Origin: Octopus vulgaris
Taxonomy: Eukaryota
Assembly: GCA_951406725.2 (NCBI GenBank)
Contig: OX597825.1
Coordinates: 41,230,001 to 41,294,000, forward strand
Length of the DNA: 64,000 nt
Direction of reading: 5' to 3'
Positions 26,686-40,176 of this stretch are shown in pieces. Position numbers and translations under genes: made by a program. Position 1 is the first letter of the stretch. Each line of letters begins with the position of its first letter. The notes beneath the pieces were generated by a model. It was not told the DNA's origin. It searched no databases and worked only from the letters and a program-made list of their open reading frames with translations.

Positions 26686-27390
26686 TGTATGTATGTATGT
26701 ATGTATGTATGTATGTATGTATGTATGTATGTATGCATATGTGAAGATTTGTATGTTTTGTTTAATGTATGTATCCTCATGCATATAGTTGCACATCTAG
26801 AAATGCTAATATATACTTAAATGATAAACTTTTGAAATGTTTTACAGATTTTTACAGTTCCAGTGATGTATTGGATTTGTAATCTTCAAATCAGCTTTTT
26901 CCTTTCTGGTTTTGAGAAGCCTAATTTTTCAAGATTGGTATTTAGGCAATATTACTGTTATGTGAGAATCCTGAACACCCTCACATGACTGAAGGTGGAC
27001 TAACCACTAACCAATGACAATAAATAAGAACTGAGTGAATTGTCAGTAAGCATATTTAACGCTGTTAGTTTGACCATGTTGGTTTACTGTGTTAGTTTGA
27101 TGTATGTTGGTTTAACAGTTGGTAGTTGAACAGTGAATACTGAGTATCATACCTACGTTTCAGTAGTACAGAGTGCGCTCTGTGTTAACATATATTTCTG
27201 CGATAGGGCATTTTTTGATAATCACAACCAACTATTTATTGTGTAATACCATTTTACACCAAACATGTATACATCATAACAGTTACATATCCCAGTGCTC
27301 CAATAATTGCAGGTATAAACCTGAACTTGTAATCTGCATAGGGTAACAGCAACTTTCTCACTAGTTCAGCATATGTATGTATGTAAATGT
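26500..27390. repeat. Dispersed repeat with internal (TATG)n, copy 1
   Basis: gtcattactcagttctatttcaagatttcttgccaatagagaaagagcc...aaatgataaactt...gttacatatccc, homologous to 28457-29430. Confidence 0.8.
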
Positions 27391-27889
27391 GTGCATGTGT
27401 TTCGTTCTCCTATAGTGATCTTCTGACAAGAATCACTTACCCATATTAATGTGGTACACCATGCCTACATTGGCATTCCTATGGTTCCCTGCTGACTGAA
27501 CCTGTTGCACCTACCCATTGCTAAAAATGTGCAAATCTTTAGTGCAGTCATTGTGTTTCCTTCCACAAAGGCCCCACTTTATCGATGACTGCTGCAGGAA
27601 CAACTATTGTCAATGAAAAATAGCAGGACCAAACTCGTGTATACAGTACTCCATGGCTTGTTGACTTTAATGGGTTCATCCATTCGTTGATAGGTTTTGT
27701 CTTACATCCTGCATGTCATCCAATCATTCTTCACATTCAGCAAGATTAGTGGAGCTACCACTGACAACCAAATCATGTTGCAGGTTGTACTGGTTTTCAT
27801 GTCACCAGTAACACTCACAAGTGGCCTGACATATTGCTATTGATACTAAACTGAAGGTTTATGTAATGTGTGTGTTATCCTTTTATGCT

Positions 27890-28330
27890 TGTAAGACATG
27901 GGCAACCTACAGAAAACATATGAAATAGCTGGGGCACATTCGCCAGAAATAGCTTGAAAAAAAACATGAGAAATTGAAGTGGGGTTCTAGAAAAGGTATG
28001 AATGGGATATTTCTGGGAGATGTGGGTGATCAGAGTAAGCTGACGTGTAATGAATGTGGAAGAGTCTGCTTCAACAGAGCAGGACTGAAAAATGACAAGG
28101 AAAGTCATGTACAGAGAGTTGACAATCACAGAATAACAACAGGTCATGACTGTGACATGGTTTGCCTATCAGCTGGCTTGAAACATCACATGAAAGTGTA
28201 TAATGGCCAACAAGTGACTCATGTTGGTAGAAGCAATCATATATGTAACATCTGTGTCAAAGAGTGATGGTCACATGATGGTCTGAAAACTGCATCAGTG
28301 ATGGTCATATATGAAACACATTCTAAAGTT
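27890..28330 (+). pseudogene. Degenerate tandem C2H2 zinc-finger segment (probably a LINE C-terminus)
   Basis: CNECGRVCFNRAGLKNDKESH, (H)DCDMVCLSAGLKHHMKVY and CNICVKE* in ORF 27974-28267. The fingers are broken by substitutions and a stop. Confidence 0.6.
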
Positions 28331-28456
28331 CTTCAGGTGGTAGCTATACTCAAGAATGAGGAACTGACTATCATGCATGCATGCATGCATGTATGAATGT
28401 ATGTTATCCCACCCATGTCCACATGGAAGGTGAACTTTAAATGATGATGATGAGGA

Positions 28457-29430
28457 TGTATGTATGTCATTATACAGTTTTATTTCAAGATTTCTTACCA
28501 ATAGAGAAAGAACCAGGTTCCAACTTAGATCCAAAGCTCCTTCATCGGAATTTCAATAACACAAACAGGGTATGTATGTATGTATGTATGAATGTATGTA
28601 TGTATGTATGTATGTATGTATGTATGTATGTATGTATGTATGTATGTATGTATGTATGTATGTATGTATGTATGTATGTATGTATGTATGTATGTATGTA
28701 TGTACACTTGCGTCAGAAATTAATTAGCACTTCTCAAATTTCTACATTAAATAGGTTAAATCAATTAACCTATTAGCTGTTCAAAACGTCTTACGCGATG
28801 AGAAAACTTAGTATGGTGTGATTTCGGTCCTTGCGAGGCGCTACCTATATCTATTAAACAAAGGAAGATTTGTCTGCATCCGCACTCCAAGTTGTTGTTG
28901 CACTGCTATATCAACATCATAAGGCTGTAGACTCTCAAACTGCTCTGCAAACAAAGTTGCGTCATCGTTCTGCGCAACAGTGAACTCGCAACAAAGCAAT
29001 AGTTCGAGATATGGCCACTAGGTGACAGCACATACCTTGAGTGAAGAGCAAATCAAGGGTGCTAATTAATTTCTGACGGTAGTGTATGTATGTATGTATG
29101 TAGGTATGTATGTATGTATGTGTATATGTATTAATATACGCAGATTTGTATGTTTTGTTTTATGTATGTCTTCTTATGCATATACTTGCATATCTAGACA
29201 TGTTCATACATACCTAAATGATAAACTTCCTGAAAGTTTTACAGATTTTTACAGTTCCATTGATAGATTAGATATGAAGTCTTTGAATAAGCTTTCTGGT
29301 TTTGAGAAGCCTAATTTCTAAAGATTGGTATTTAGGCAGTGTGTTACATATCCCAATGTCCCAATAATTACAGGAATAAACCTGAACTTGTAGTCTGGAT
29401 AGAGTAACTGAAGATTTCTCAATAGTTTGT
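28457..29430. repeat. Dispersed repeat with internal (TATG)n, copy 2 (carries a MITE)
   Basis: Homologous to 26500-27390. Confidence 0.8.
28705..29084. mobile_element. Tc1/mariner-type MITE inserted in (TATG)n
   Basis: TIRs cacttgcgtcagaaattaattagcac / gtgctaattaatttctgacggtagtg, with TA on both sides. Confidence 0.9.
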
Positions 29431-29809
29431 AATGTAAGTGTACGTATATGTACTCATGCATACATGTATGTATGTGTATATGTAGGTAGGGAGGTAGATA
29501 AATGTGTACAATTTATTTCTTATTATTTGAAGTCTATCTGTATAGAAGGAGCAGGTTTTTAACAAAGATCCAAAACATTATTACTGGAATGTAGATAACA
29601 AAAAACAAAGTTTCATTTTAAACATGTGAAATGTCTTGCATACTTTTACTGTTCCACTTACAAATTGTATCTTAGTCCATTTCTTTTCCTAAAAATCTTA
29701 TTTCTAGAGTGTCACTAAGGTATTTCCAAACCAAGCTAAGTGCATCAGTTATTATGAATACAAATTAGATCTGAAGTCTTTGAATAAGCTTTCTGGTTTT
29801 GAGAAGCCA

Positions 29810-30000
29810 ATGGCATGTAAAAAGCACCCACTACACTCTCGGAGTGGTTGGTGTTAGGAAGGGCATCCAGCTGTTGAAACTCTGCCAAATCAAGACTGGA
29901 GCCTGGTGCAACCATCTGGTTCGCCAGCCCTCAATCAAAATCGTCCAACCCATGCTAGCATGGAAAGTGGACGTTAAACAATGATAATGATGATGATGAC
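29810..30000 (+). mobile_element. Family C RTE-tail SINE/LINE end
   Basis: aaaagcacccactacactctcggagtggttggtgttaggaagggcatccagctg...ccaacccatgctagcatgga..(gat)n. Confidence 0.85.
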
Positions 30001-30169
30001 AAATAAGAACCAGTCTACATACAGAAGCTAAAGGTTTCAAAGTAGTCATCAGTAATTATCTTATTTCTCTTTAGTTTCAGAAGAGATATTCACTTCAGCA
30101 TGGCATCTGACCTCTATGTTGATATATACTTTTTCTAGTCTGTCCTAAACAGCAACGCCTAGCCTGTTA

Positions 30170-30760
30170 TGCTTGCTATTGAAGTACTTTAGATCCTATG
30201 TTGCTGATATGGATTGGGAAGTGTGGAATAACATCATCACTAGAATCTGTCATCCAGCAGTACCAACAGCAACATATTGGTTGAGAGGACAGCCTCTCCC
30301 TCCAGTTGCCAGCTAGAGAAATTCAGATGCAGAACACATGAAAAAGAAGTCTGGATTACTTTACAACATCAAGCACTCAGATATTTCACAGTAAATAAGG
30401 TTGCTGACTTTCTTCGAAGCATGTGTAATGAATATCCTTATAACTGAAACTGTGAAAAAGTAGCTTCAAGATCACATTGATGGTATATACAATAGGCTGC
30501 CGTGAGAGTTTAAAACATCTCTTGGCATGAGCACAAAACCAAAGAGGAGATTTACAAACACATTCCAGCCATCTCTACAATAGTTGTTCAATATTGATCA
30601 GTCTTTGCTGGTCACTGCTAAGATGTTGGAGACTTAATCATAACAAATGTTATATTTTGGAAACATCCACACCTCAGTTGATGTTGAAGATCACTCAAAT
30701 ATATGCATGTTATTGGCAGAAATATACCAATGAAATTGAAAGTACCTAATGATAGAGAAG
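30170..30760 (+). mobile_element. Old RTE-like LINE ORF remnant
   Basis: Remnants LKYFRSY (FKYLGS-like), DGIYNRL..NISWHEHKTKEEIYKHIPAIS and FAGHC. Confidence 0.6.
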
Positions 30761-30834
30761 CTCCTGGCTTAGCATGGCATGGTGAAACACATGTCTATTG
30801 TATATAAGCATGTGTGTATTTGTGTTTATTTACT

Positions 30835-31060
30835 TATCTTTTATCTTATACTTGTTTCAGTCATTTTACTGTGGCCATGATGGGGCACCACCTTAAAGGA
30901 TTTTAGTCAAAGAAATTGACCCAAGGACATTTTTAAAGCCTGGTACTTACTTATTCTATCAGTCTCTTTTGCCAAAATGCTAAGTTTCATGGGCATAAAC
31001 ATACCAACACTGGTTGTCCAGCAGTGGTACGGGACAAGCATAGATACAAGGACACACACA

Positions 31061-31101
<41 letters not shown>

Positions 31102-31262
31102 GATGCGATTCTTTTAGTTTCTCTCTACTGAACCTACTTACCCACAAGACTTTGGTTGGATGACACTATAGTAGAAGACACTTGCCCAAGGCGCTACGTG
31201 GTGGGACTGCATCTGGAACCATGTGACTGAGAAGCAAACTTCTCACCACACAGCTAAGCCTG
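30835..31262 (-). mobile_element. SINE family A
   Basis: cttgtttcagtcattttactgtggccatga...gtagaagacacttgcccaagg...accacacagcta. Confidence 0.85.
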
Positions 31263-34200
31263 CTTTTGTTTACTTTTGTAAATCGGTGCGTCAAGATGCC
31301 ACCTTAAATGCCCAAAACATAGCAATGCTGAGTTCATATGTTCAGAGAAAAAGAAAACAACAGGTAAACTGATATTCAGAATGATCTGCTCCCTTATTTA
31401 CAAGGAGGTGAAATAACTTTCTGTGTCATGCAAACTTCTCTCAGGAATATTAGAGTTGAGAAGAAAAGTTGATTGATTCAATGAAATTATCAAAAACAAA
31501 ACTACATTACTGATGTCTTGCTACACCATCACCCATTAACATATTTATTCATAGATACAGAATCAAAACTAAAAGCAAAGTCAAAATATTTCAATCAGTT
31601 TTATTATTTCACCTTTTGTGGCTTATTTTATCATAAAATAATTTCCGTTGTTGCTTTAATTTTATCAAAATTTTACCAAAGATTTTATCAAAATAAATAT
31701 AAAATATTGTAAGATTTTCAAAATATATTTACTCCATTTCCATGGATTTCAAACTCTCACTGAAAGGCAATAAACTTAAAAATAAATATGTGACATAGTT
31801 TTAGAAAATTCTCTCTGTGCTTTTTAATTTCATCAAATATAAAATAAAGTTAAAAGAGGAAAATCACCAGAATCATGTTAAAAGTTAGTTTTCTTTTATA
31901 GTGATTTTAAATATTTTCTTTTTAGCTTCAAAAAATTTCTGGAGGATCAATTCTTCACCATTCTGGTTTAAGAACAGAATTTCAGGTATTTTGACATCAT
32001 ACTAAAAACACATTTTTCTTTTCTTTTTTTGTGCATTTTAAAAACTTTCTAAAATCTTGCTTTGGAAAATTTTAAAACATGTTTATGAAGTAATTTTATC
32101 TGGTTACATATCAAGTGTAGCAGTTATTGTGTATTCTGAGGATATAAAGAAATATGTCAAATTGTTAATGGAACAGAAGTATGTTGTATAATTTTTCAGT
32201 ACTTATTGTCTACCAATGCTTTGATTTTTCAAAGACTTCTTCCTTAAAACTATCAAGAGATGCACTTAAATATTGTGTTGCATGTAACAGACGTTGCTGT
32301 TTAGCCTCAAGTTGTTGTTGATTGAGAAAACCCATAATCACAAGCATTCCAGCTACAACTAATCCATCTTTATTTGATATAGTTTATCATCTGATGCATC
32401 TCTTTATTAAAGAAGATCTGGCTGCTATTATTAGTAGGCTGAATCTTTCTAAAGATTTATCAAAATCATGCTTCCATTAATTTTTATATCAATTTGGATT
32501 TTGGAGTTCTTTTCTTTGCCTTTCTTGACCATACTTATTCATAACACCAATGATTTTTATTCCTATCAAGGATGTAATTTTACTTGGTTAAAAACATTTT
32601 GGGAAATTAATATATATTTAGAAAATCAAAACCATTTCACTATAAAATTCATTCAGACTGATGTAAACAAATGTATATTGTGGCAGTCATTTACTTTGTA
32701 ATTGATCTTGCTGTTATGCTGAGAAATATTTGGCTTTAGTGAGGCAACTTTTAGGTTTATTTTTATCATATTCCAGATATTTCATATTGTCTCTTGAAGA
32801 CATGTACTTAGATTTGAAGTTGTAGAATTGTAACCTCTGAATCTTTAGAGAAAACCAGAGTGACTCAGGTGAGTCTGCATCAATTATGATAGAACTCACA
32901 AGTTACTATGCTTCAGTTCCATAATTGTGTTAAATAATTATCTAATTTTATTTTATTATTATCTTACACAATTATTTTAACTTCTGATCCCAAATAAAAC
33001 AATTATGAGAGAAAATATCAGGAATTATGAGAGAATAACATTTTGTGGGGCTTAAAGTGTAAGAAATTGAATCATTATAAAGAAAGCTATGTAGCCTAAA
33101 TGACAATGTTCTCATGAATGCAATTGTTTCCAAATTAAAGATAATTTAGTATAATGGTATTTGATAAAATAAAGCATTCAACTGAGAAAGTGATACCACA
33201 AAAAGAAAGGAACAAAATGAAATGGAAAAAAGTAAAAGATAATTAGAGGAAATATAAAGTAAACTGGTATAAAATTGAATAAAAATGAAAGGAGTAAATT
33301 TTGTTATTTTATATTTCTCCTCAAGAGAATAAATGAGTTCTTTTTTAAATCATTTAACAAGAAAATATTTTTGCTTTACTTTTTATAACAGAGTTATGAT
33401 TATATTTAATTAAAGCTGGATCCCATTATAATCAATGTAGAACACTGATTATTAAGAAAGTAATAAGAAAATTTGCTTTTCAAGAATGCTGTATTAAAGA
33501 GAAATATTGCTATCAATGTATCGCACAAATTGGTGAAAACCAAATGGAAACAGTAAAAAGAAACACATGTGAAAGAAAATTTTGAATTCATAACTAAAAT
33601 AGTATCTGATGGAGACAATTTTATTTATTTTATCTGAGATCTGTACATAAATTTAGATATTCAATTCACTCAAACATTAAAAAAAAGAACAATTTGAGTG
33701 TAATCAAAATGAAGAGGTTACTAAACATTAATAGAGGCTTAGAAAATCTTGATTATTGGCTTGAGCTTTTCAACTGAATTTAAAATATTGTTCTTAATAA
33801 ATGATGTTAGTATGAAACTATATATAAAAGTGTAAAATGCTAAATTAGATTTAATTGCTGTAGTTTTAAAAGCATACCAGTGAAGACTGAAGTACAATGA
33901 CAAAATGTCAGATTTGTTAGCATTTATGAAATCAACAAGTATATTCCTAAAAATCTCATAAAATCTCTTAAAATTACATTTTAATGACATATAACCAATA
34001 ATAAAGATATTCCGTAAGCCATTCAGGTCTTCTGAAACAAACTACACCCATATATATATCATTATCTAAGGTGCTTCAGGGCAGATAACAACATGTATCA
34101 ACAACATATCTGTGCTAATGATCTCTGGTAGCAACATGCACTTCACCACTGAGCAAGTTGGTATCTAAAACCATTCTCATGAGTATGTGACTTCTCATAA

Positions 34201-35308
34201 CCTAGACAGTCAAAACTCATAATCCAAACTTTCCCAAGTGGATTATGCATAGGTTCACAGCATAAGTACAAGCACAGAACATGACCTGCAACACAAAAAG
34301 TTAATCACCCACTCCATCCAGCTTTAAAACCATATTTCTTAAAATACTTGTCACCCTAAACACTTAAGCTGCCTCTACTGAGATTTTCTTTCCCTACTCA
34401 GCAACATATGCACTCCAAATTCAAGAAAACATTCAATCACTTCAAATCATCCTTCATTCCATCCCATTTATTGAAATTAGCTTAGAATATACCTCAATCT
34501 CACTACATTTCTTAAAAATCGTGGTAGAGGCCTTGGTTTCGGGACCACTCATTTCTAGAAACTGAGGTTGGAATTAAGCAAGGGCATGATCCCCGTAGAA
34601 AATCCAGCTCCAAAAGGCCTCATCATAGCAAAGGAGAATGTGCACCAGCTAGCCAAAAGATTGAGGTAGGCTGCACCTGCATACCTCAGTTGCTATGGCA
34701 TTGAGGTAGATCCAACCACCCCCATTAAAACACTGGATGATGATGATATTTAACACTCTCATATCAGTTATCATCCTGAACACCCTCTCATATATGCCAT
34801 TGACAGCTTCCACCACCTTTTCCCTCTGCACATTATAGCCACCTCTATGTACTTCTGACCTCCATCCTCATCACTGTACATCCTTCCCATACCCACTCTT
34901 ACACTTTGTGCATTATCTCTTTCTTTTCTTATTTGCCTACAGGCTTATTGTACTGCTGATCCCAACCCTTCCTGTACTACCATGACTTCCACTTTCACTT
35001 CCACTGATATTTACCATCGACTACATCTCCAAACTTTTCACTACATTCACCTCTACCTTCATCTCTAACCATTTGTCACTCACCTTTCATCCTCTTATGA
35101 GATCACATTCTACACTTCACTAATCCACTGCCTGTTTTCTCTCTCATGCTCACCTTTCTATAACTTAAGGCTGTTATGCTCTGACACCAGGCCTTCCTTT
35201 TAGTGACTCACAACACCCTTATATAATGCAGACTAGCCATGTAACAAGACTCCTCTGTAGCAAGATACCTGTACCTGTCCCTCTGTCATACTTTGGCATC
35301 TCACCCAT

Positions 35309-35706
35309 TAGTATAAAGGCACTCCTTTCTACTACAACCTTACTTAGTTGTGTGGTGATGGGTTTTTTTATCTTGCAAGTTACTTGATGACCTGACTAGT
35401 ACCAGTGTCACAAAAATAGCACCCAATACACTCTGTAAAAGGATTGGTGTTAGGAAGGCCATCCATCAGTAAAATTTATGCCAAAGCAGACACTGGAGCT
35501 CATCACAGCCCTCTGACTCACTGGGTCCTGTTAGACCATCTAACCCATGCTAGTATAAAGGCACTCCTTTCTACTACAACCTTACTTAGTTGTGTGGTGA
35601 TGGGTTTTTTTATCTTGCACGTTACTTGATGACCTGACTAGTACCAGTGTCACAAAAATAGCACCCAATACACTCTGTAAAAGGGTTGGTGTTAGGAAGG
35701 CCATCC
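35309..35706. repeat. Direct duplication of about 157 bp, 242-bp spacing
   Basis: tagtataaaggcactcctttctactacaacc...ggtgttaggaaggccatcc occurs at 35309-35465 and 35551-35706. Confidence 0.92.
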
Positions 35707-35922
35707 TTTGCTTGTGAAGACATGTTGGGGCAAGCAAAATCGAAATCGAATTGAACCAGCCAGGAGTGGTTGGCGTTAGGAAGGGCATCCAGCTGTAGAA
35801 ACATTGCCAGATTAGACTGGAGCCTGGTGCAGCCTTCTGGCTTCCCAGAACCCCGGTCGAACCGTCCAACCCATGCTAGCATGGAGAACGGACGTTAAAC
35901 GACGATGATGATGATGATGATG
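35707..35922 (+). mobile_element. Young family C RTE-tail element
   Basis: CpG-retaining ggagtggttggcgttaggaagggcatccagctgtagaaac...ccggtcgaaccgtccaacccatgctagcatggagaacggacgttaaacgacgatgatg. Confidence 0.85.
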
Positions 35923-36132
35923 CACAACTACTCTTGTTTAAACTTCTTGAGCACCAGATCTACTTTAGTCCAAAAAGTTATTGGCCCTCAACAAAGCTCA
36001 ATTGAGACCCACAATTGAATACTGGCTCCACTTGTAGGCTAGTAATGCAGGTTCACTCCCAAACACAAATATCTTAGATTAAAAATGAAGCCAGTCATAT
36101 TAATTCATTTGTAGTCACCCACCAACACACTA

Positions 36133-36573
36133 CACTACAGTTGCATCCATGAAACATAGTTCTCCAGGAGTGCAGGTACTTGATTATGCAACTGTTTCCC
36201 TGCATTATGAGATCTAGTTGTGTTTCTTCAGGTGATATATAACTATTGTCTCCATAAGTTTACATTCTCAGCTTCAAGAACATCCTCTCTGTCTGTCATG
36301 GCCTGAATTTAGTAGTAGCCATTGGTTTATCACAGTGCGTTGTTGCTGAAAGACTGTTGGCAAACAGCTTTGTATGTGTAGATGTTGTGGTGGGATGGTG
36401 ATTCTGCTACTGTTAAAGTGATTGCCATTTTAAAGGATTGGCATTTGACTGAAATCAAATGCCAGTCCCTTTAAAATGAAAACCACAACTAGATCTCATA
36501 ATGCAGGGAAACAGTTGCATAATCAAGTACCTGCATGCCTGGAGAACTATGTTTCATGGACGCAACTGTAGTG
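36133..36573. repeat. Fold-back element: ~93-bp terminal inverted arms plus an internal 53-bp hairpin
   Basis: cactacagttgcatccatgaaacatagttctccagg..gagatctagttgtg pairs with cacaactagatctc..cctggagaactatgtttcatggacgcaactgtagtg. The inner hairpin spans 36426-36478. Confidence 0.92.
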
Positions 36574-38944
36574 ATTAAAAAAATTATATGTTGACTCCAA
36601 ATTTTTTTCAATTTTTTCATTTATACATATATATATATGTACATAAGTAATATGTGTGTGTACACACACACACTTGCCTAATGTAAGGCAGTTGATTGGT
36701 AGTATCATTAATTCTTCAGAAATATGCATTCTGAGAATTGTTGCAGTCCTTTTTATTCTGAGTTCAAATTCCATTTGGCCATACACTGCTCTGCACTTGA
36801 TAAAATACCAATTAAGTATTGGAGTCAATATAATTGACTAAACCCTATGTAAATATAACACAACATGGTGTAGATCAATACCTTAAACCAGTACAAGAAT
36901 AAAAGAATGTGGTATATTTTATGACAGTCAGCTTTATTTAGTTTAGATTTCTCTTTGATTTCTTCCCTCCATGATTGATTCTCATAAAGGTAACTGTCAA
37001 TTATACAAGGTGCTTGCTGTTTACAACAAGGAGCTTTTGATCTTTGCAATACCTAATTAACATGAAGAGGATTGAAGTATTAATAAATTAATTCTATTTT
37101 TCTTGGGTCACAGTTCATTGCTATCAGAGGATTATAACCATAAATCTATTGGCTTTAGGCCTACCTTCAATCATTTCATCCAACTACAACTTTCAATCAA
37201 TTATATGTTTACTATATACGGAATAAATGCTCTCAGATAAATCTGTATAACATCTTCTGTGTTGTCACTACTCAAAGGTATTTATGTACCAATTTTTTTT
37301 TTTGATGTATCAATTTTGTTTTTTATGTATCATATGAATAATATTGGTATTCACTTTAGACTAAGTCAACTATGATAGGATTTGAACCTATCAAGCAAAA
37401 TCAGTTACTGACTTTTCATAACTTTCATTAATACAATTACCTAATATCGTTATAGTTCTGTACTTTTCTTAAATTCCATTGTAAACTTGTGCTGCTACAT
37501 CTATAAGAAAATTAGAGTCTTGAAAATACTAGTTTATATTCAGATTTAGATTTCAGAATGAAGGAGTAGCATTCATAAAGAGAACAGCTTCCAAATTTCT
37601 TCATTTATATATACTGTATTAACACCTGACACTATTATCTAGAGACAAATTGAAAGTACAGGAATTTATTTATCAATTTAGTTGTGTAGTTTGTAGATGC
37701 AATACAAATGATCTATTTTTATCTGTTGTCTATACATTCATATGTATTCAGAGCACTGCATGAGGATTATGTGGGATGAATATTTCTTGAAGATATTTAT
37801 GGTAATAAATGCCTATATGTTGCAATATTAATGGACTAGTTAATCGAAGCCAAATCTTGGCGTTAAAATCATTCTTATATCTAGTTAACCCATGTTGTAG
37901 TCGTAATCATCTGGGAAACTTCCAAAAGAACTATCATGTCAGTAATTCAGAGCATAGTTTATTGACTAGAAGCTGGCTCTTAGAATGAAAGTACTGAAGA
38001 GATAATTTCCTTTCACTGAAATTTAGTCAGCAGAATGGCTGAAGCAATTAACTTAATAGAGACAAAACGTTTTGAACACATTTAAAAGTAAAGACCTGAG
38101 GCAATAATTCAGAACATAATAAGATGCTTTAACATCAGTTCAGCTACATGACATCCCTTGGCACTAGACAGATTGGTGAAGGAAAAGAATATTATTCAGC
38201 TAGCAATAAAGAAAAATCACACAAATCTAATAGAATTATTATTAAATAATTTCTCATAATTTTCTTTGTGAAAATAAACCAAACAATTACAACGCATTTA
38301 ACACATGCATTGACTAACTGGCAACAACTTTGGATTTTGTGGTTCATTTTTAAAAGATTTCCTATTTTAACACAACTTACACCAACACCACCCATATATT
38401 TCCATCTCTCAATCTAGTATAGCCTAAAAGGAGCTTGAGGCACTGATTTCTTTCCTTGTATTAATAACTAAAAATAAAATCATATGGACTTGCTTGTTTT
38501 TCCAATAAATATGATCTTATTAAGTGTGTGTACATAGTCAAATATCTAGAAGGCTTGAATGTTTCTCTGTGTGTATCCCATCATTAATATTGTACTCTAT
38601 TCATAACCAAGTTACTAACATAATTCCATTTATCTGTCAGCTATTCTTATGGATAGAAATTATCAACAAGCATTTTATATTCTTAAAATACTGATGACAA
38701 AGCACCATACAGGTTTGCACTATAGTGGATGCACATGTATAATGAATATACCTTAACTAATTATTCCATTTGCATGTTATATGTAAACTACACAACTGCA
38801 AAAAAACTGAATACACAATGCTTCATTTATTTTGCAACTGAGCTGTATGCAGCATCATGTAGTATGGTGATGGTGTACTCACTTCTCTGTTCAGTCTGAA
38901 TAATTTGCAGGTGACTGCAGTAGAGTCAGATATTACTGAGAAGT

Positions 38945-40072
38945 AGATTTAATACTTTAAAATCTGTTTTAATATGGAGTAGGACCGCCTTTGGCAGTTA
39001 CTGCAGATTAAATTCTATGAGGTATGGATCCATACAAAGTTTGAATTGTTTCCAAAGGAATTTTTATCCATTCTTCAGCTAAAACAGTCTCCAGTTCACA
39101 TAGTGTTGATGTTGGATGATATCGTCTCCTTACTTGTTTTTCTAAAATGCACCATAAATGTTCAACAATATTCAGATCTGGGGACTGTGGTGGCCAGATA
39201 AGATCTTCAACTTCACTAGAATGTTCCTCACACTATTCAGTAACAACTTTAGCTGTGTGAATTGGTGCATTATCATCCTGAAAGATTGTGCTTCCCTCCA
39301 GAAACAGTTCTGCAAACACAGGGTGAATTTGATCAGATAAAATGTTTAAATAATGTTGACTATTAATTCTGCCATAAAGGGAAACCATTGGGCCAGCAGA
39401 TTTCCAAGATATAGCCCCACCCCAGATCATCACAGATCCTCCTCCATGTTTAACAGTTGGAAGAAGGCAGTCTGGGTCAAATGCTTCTTTTGGCTGTCTC
39501 CACACATATACTTAGCCAGTGGTCAGAAATAAGGGAACGGATGACTCATCCGAGAAAATGACATTTTTCCACTGCCCTAGTGACCAATTCTGTAGGTTTT
39601 TACTCCAATCTAAAGGTTTTGCATCGTTTGTTTTTCAAAGTAGTTGTTTTCTGATTGCACCTCTCACATGAAATCTGGCTTTGTGCAGCTCCTAGTTAAC
39701 AGTTTTTGTGGAAACTGGGCTCTTGAGGTGGTCATTAAGCTCTGCAGTAATTTTGGGAACGTACTTTTGTGATCCTTTCTAACAATTTGATTAAGAGTTT
39801 GACGGTCCGTATTTGAAAGTTTTGGTTTTCTTCTGGAGTTTTGTTTCAACAAGGAGGTTTATCCCTCTTTCACAAAGGCTGTCATTACTTTCAAGACAGT
39901 ACTTCTTGATGCACCAAATATTTCGGCTGTTTCCATTATGATAGTGCCTGCCATACGAGCACTAACAATTTGACCTCTTTGAAATTCCAATAAATCTGTC
40001 ATTGACAGTTTTATAGATATTTCAAAATTATGATGGTATGGTGTTAGGTGTTTCTATTATTATGTCCAACCC

Positions 40073-40075
<3 letters not shown>
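38945..40075 (-). mobile_element. Tc1-like transposon, copy 1
   Basis: PTVKHGGGSVMIWG, IFQDDNAPIH and WPPQSPDLNIVEH motifs. TIR ggtgtttctattattatgtccaacccctg followed by TA at 40047-40077. Confidence 0.92.
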
Positions 40076-40115
<40 letters not shown>

Positions 40116-40116
<1 letters not shown>

Positions 40117-40176
40117 TTTATTTAAAGCAGCAGAAAATTCAAATTTTTGTTGAATTTTCTGCTGCTTTAAATAAAG
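40116..40176. repeat. Perfect 27-bp-arm hairpin inside a (TA)n-embedded repeat (40116-40250)
   Basis: ctttatttaaagcagcagaaaattcaa-atttttg-ttgaattttctgctgctttaaataaag. Confidence 0.93.

Noticed and set aside
26505-28776. ORFs with MYVC / HTYI repeats
   Set aside because: They are translations of (TATG)n microsatellites, which lack stop codons.
32848-32876. Plus-strand donor CAG/GTGAGT with a small palindrome gactcaggtgagtc
   Set aside because: It is an isolated site with no convincing exon or partner exons.
36190-36235. Hammerhead in the 36133 element (CTGAAGA...GAAACAGTT on the minus strand)
   Set aside because: There is no plausible helix II or helix I pairing, so it was not called as a ribozyme.
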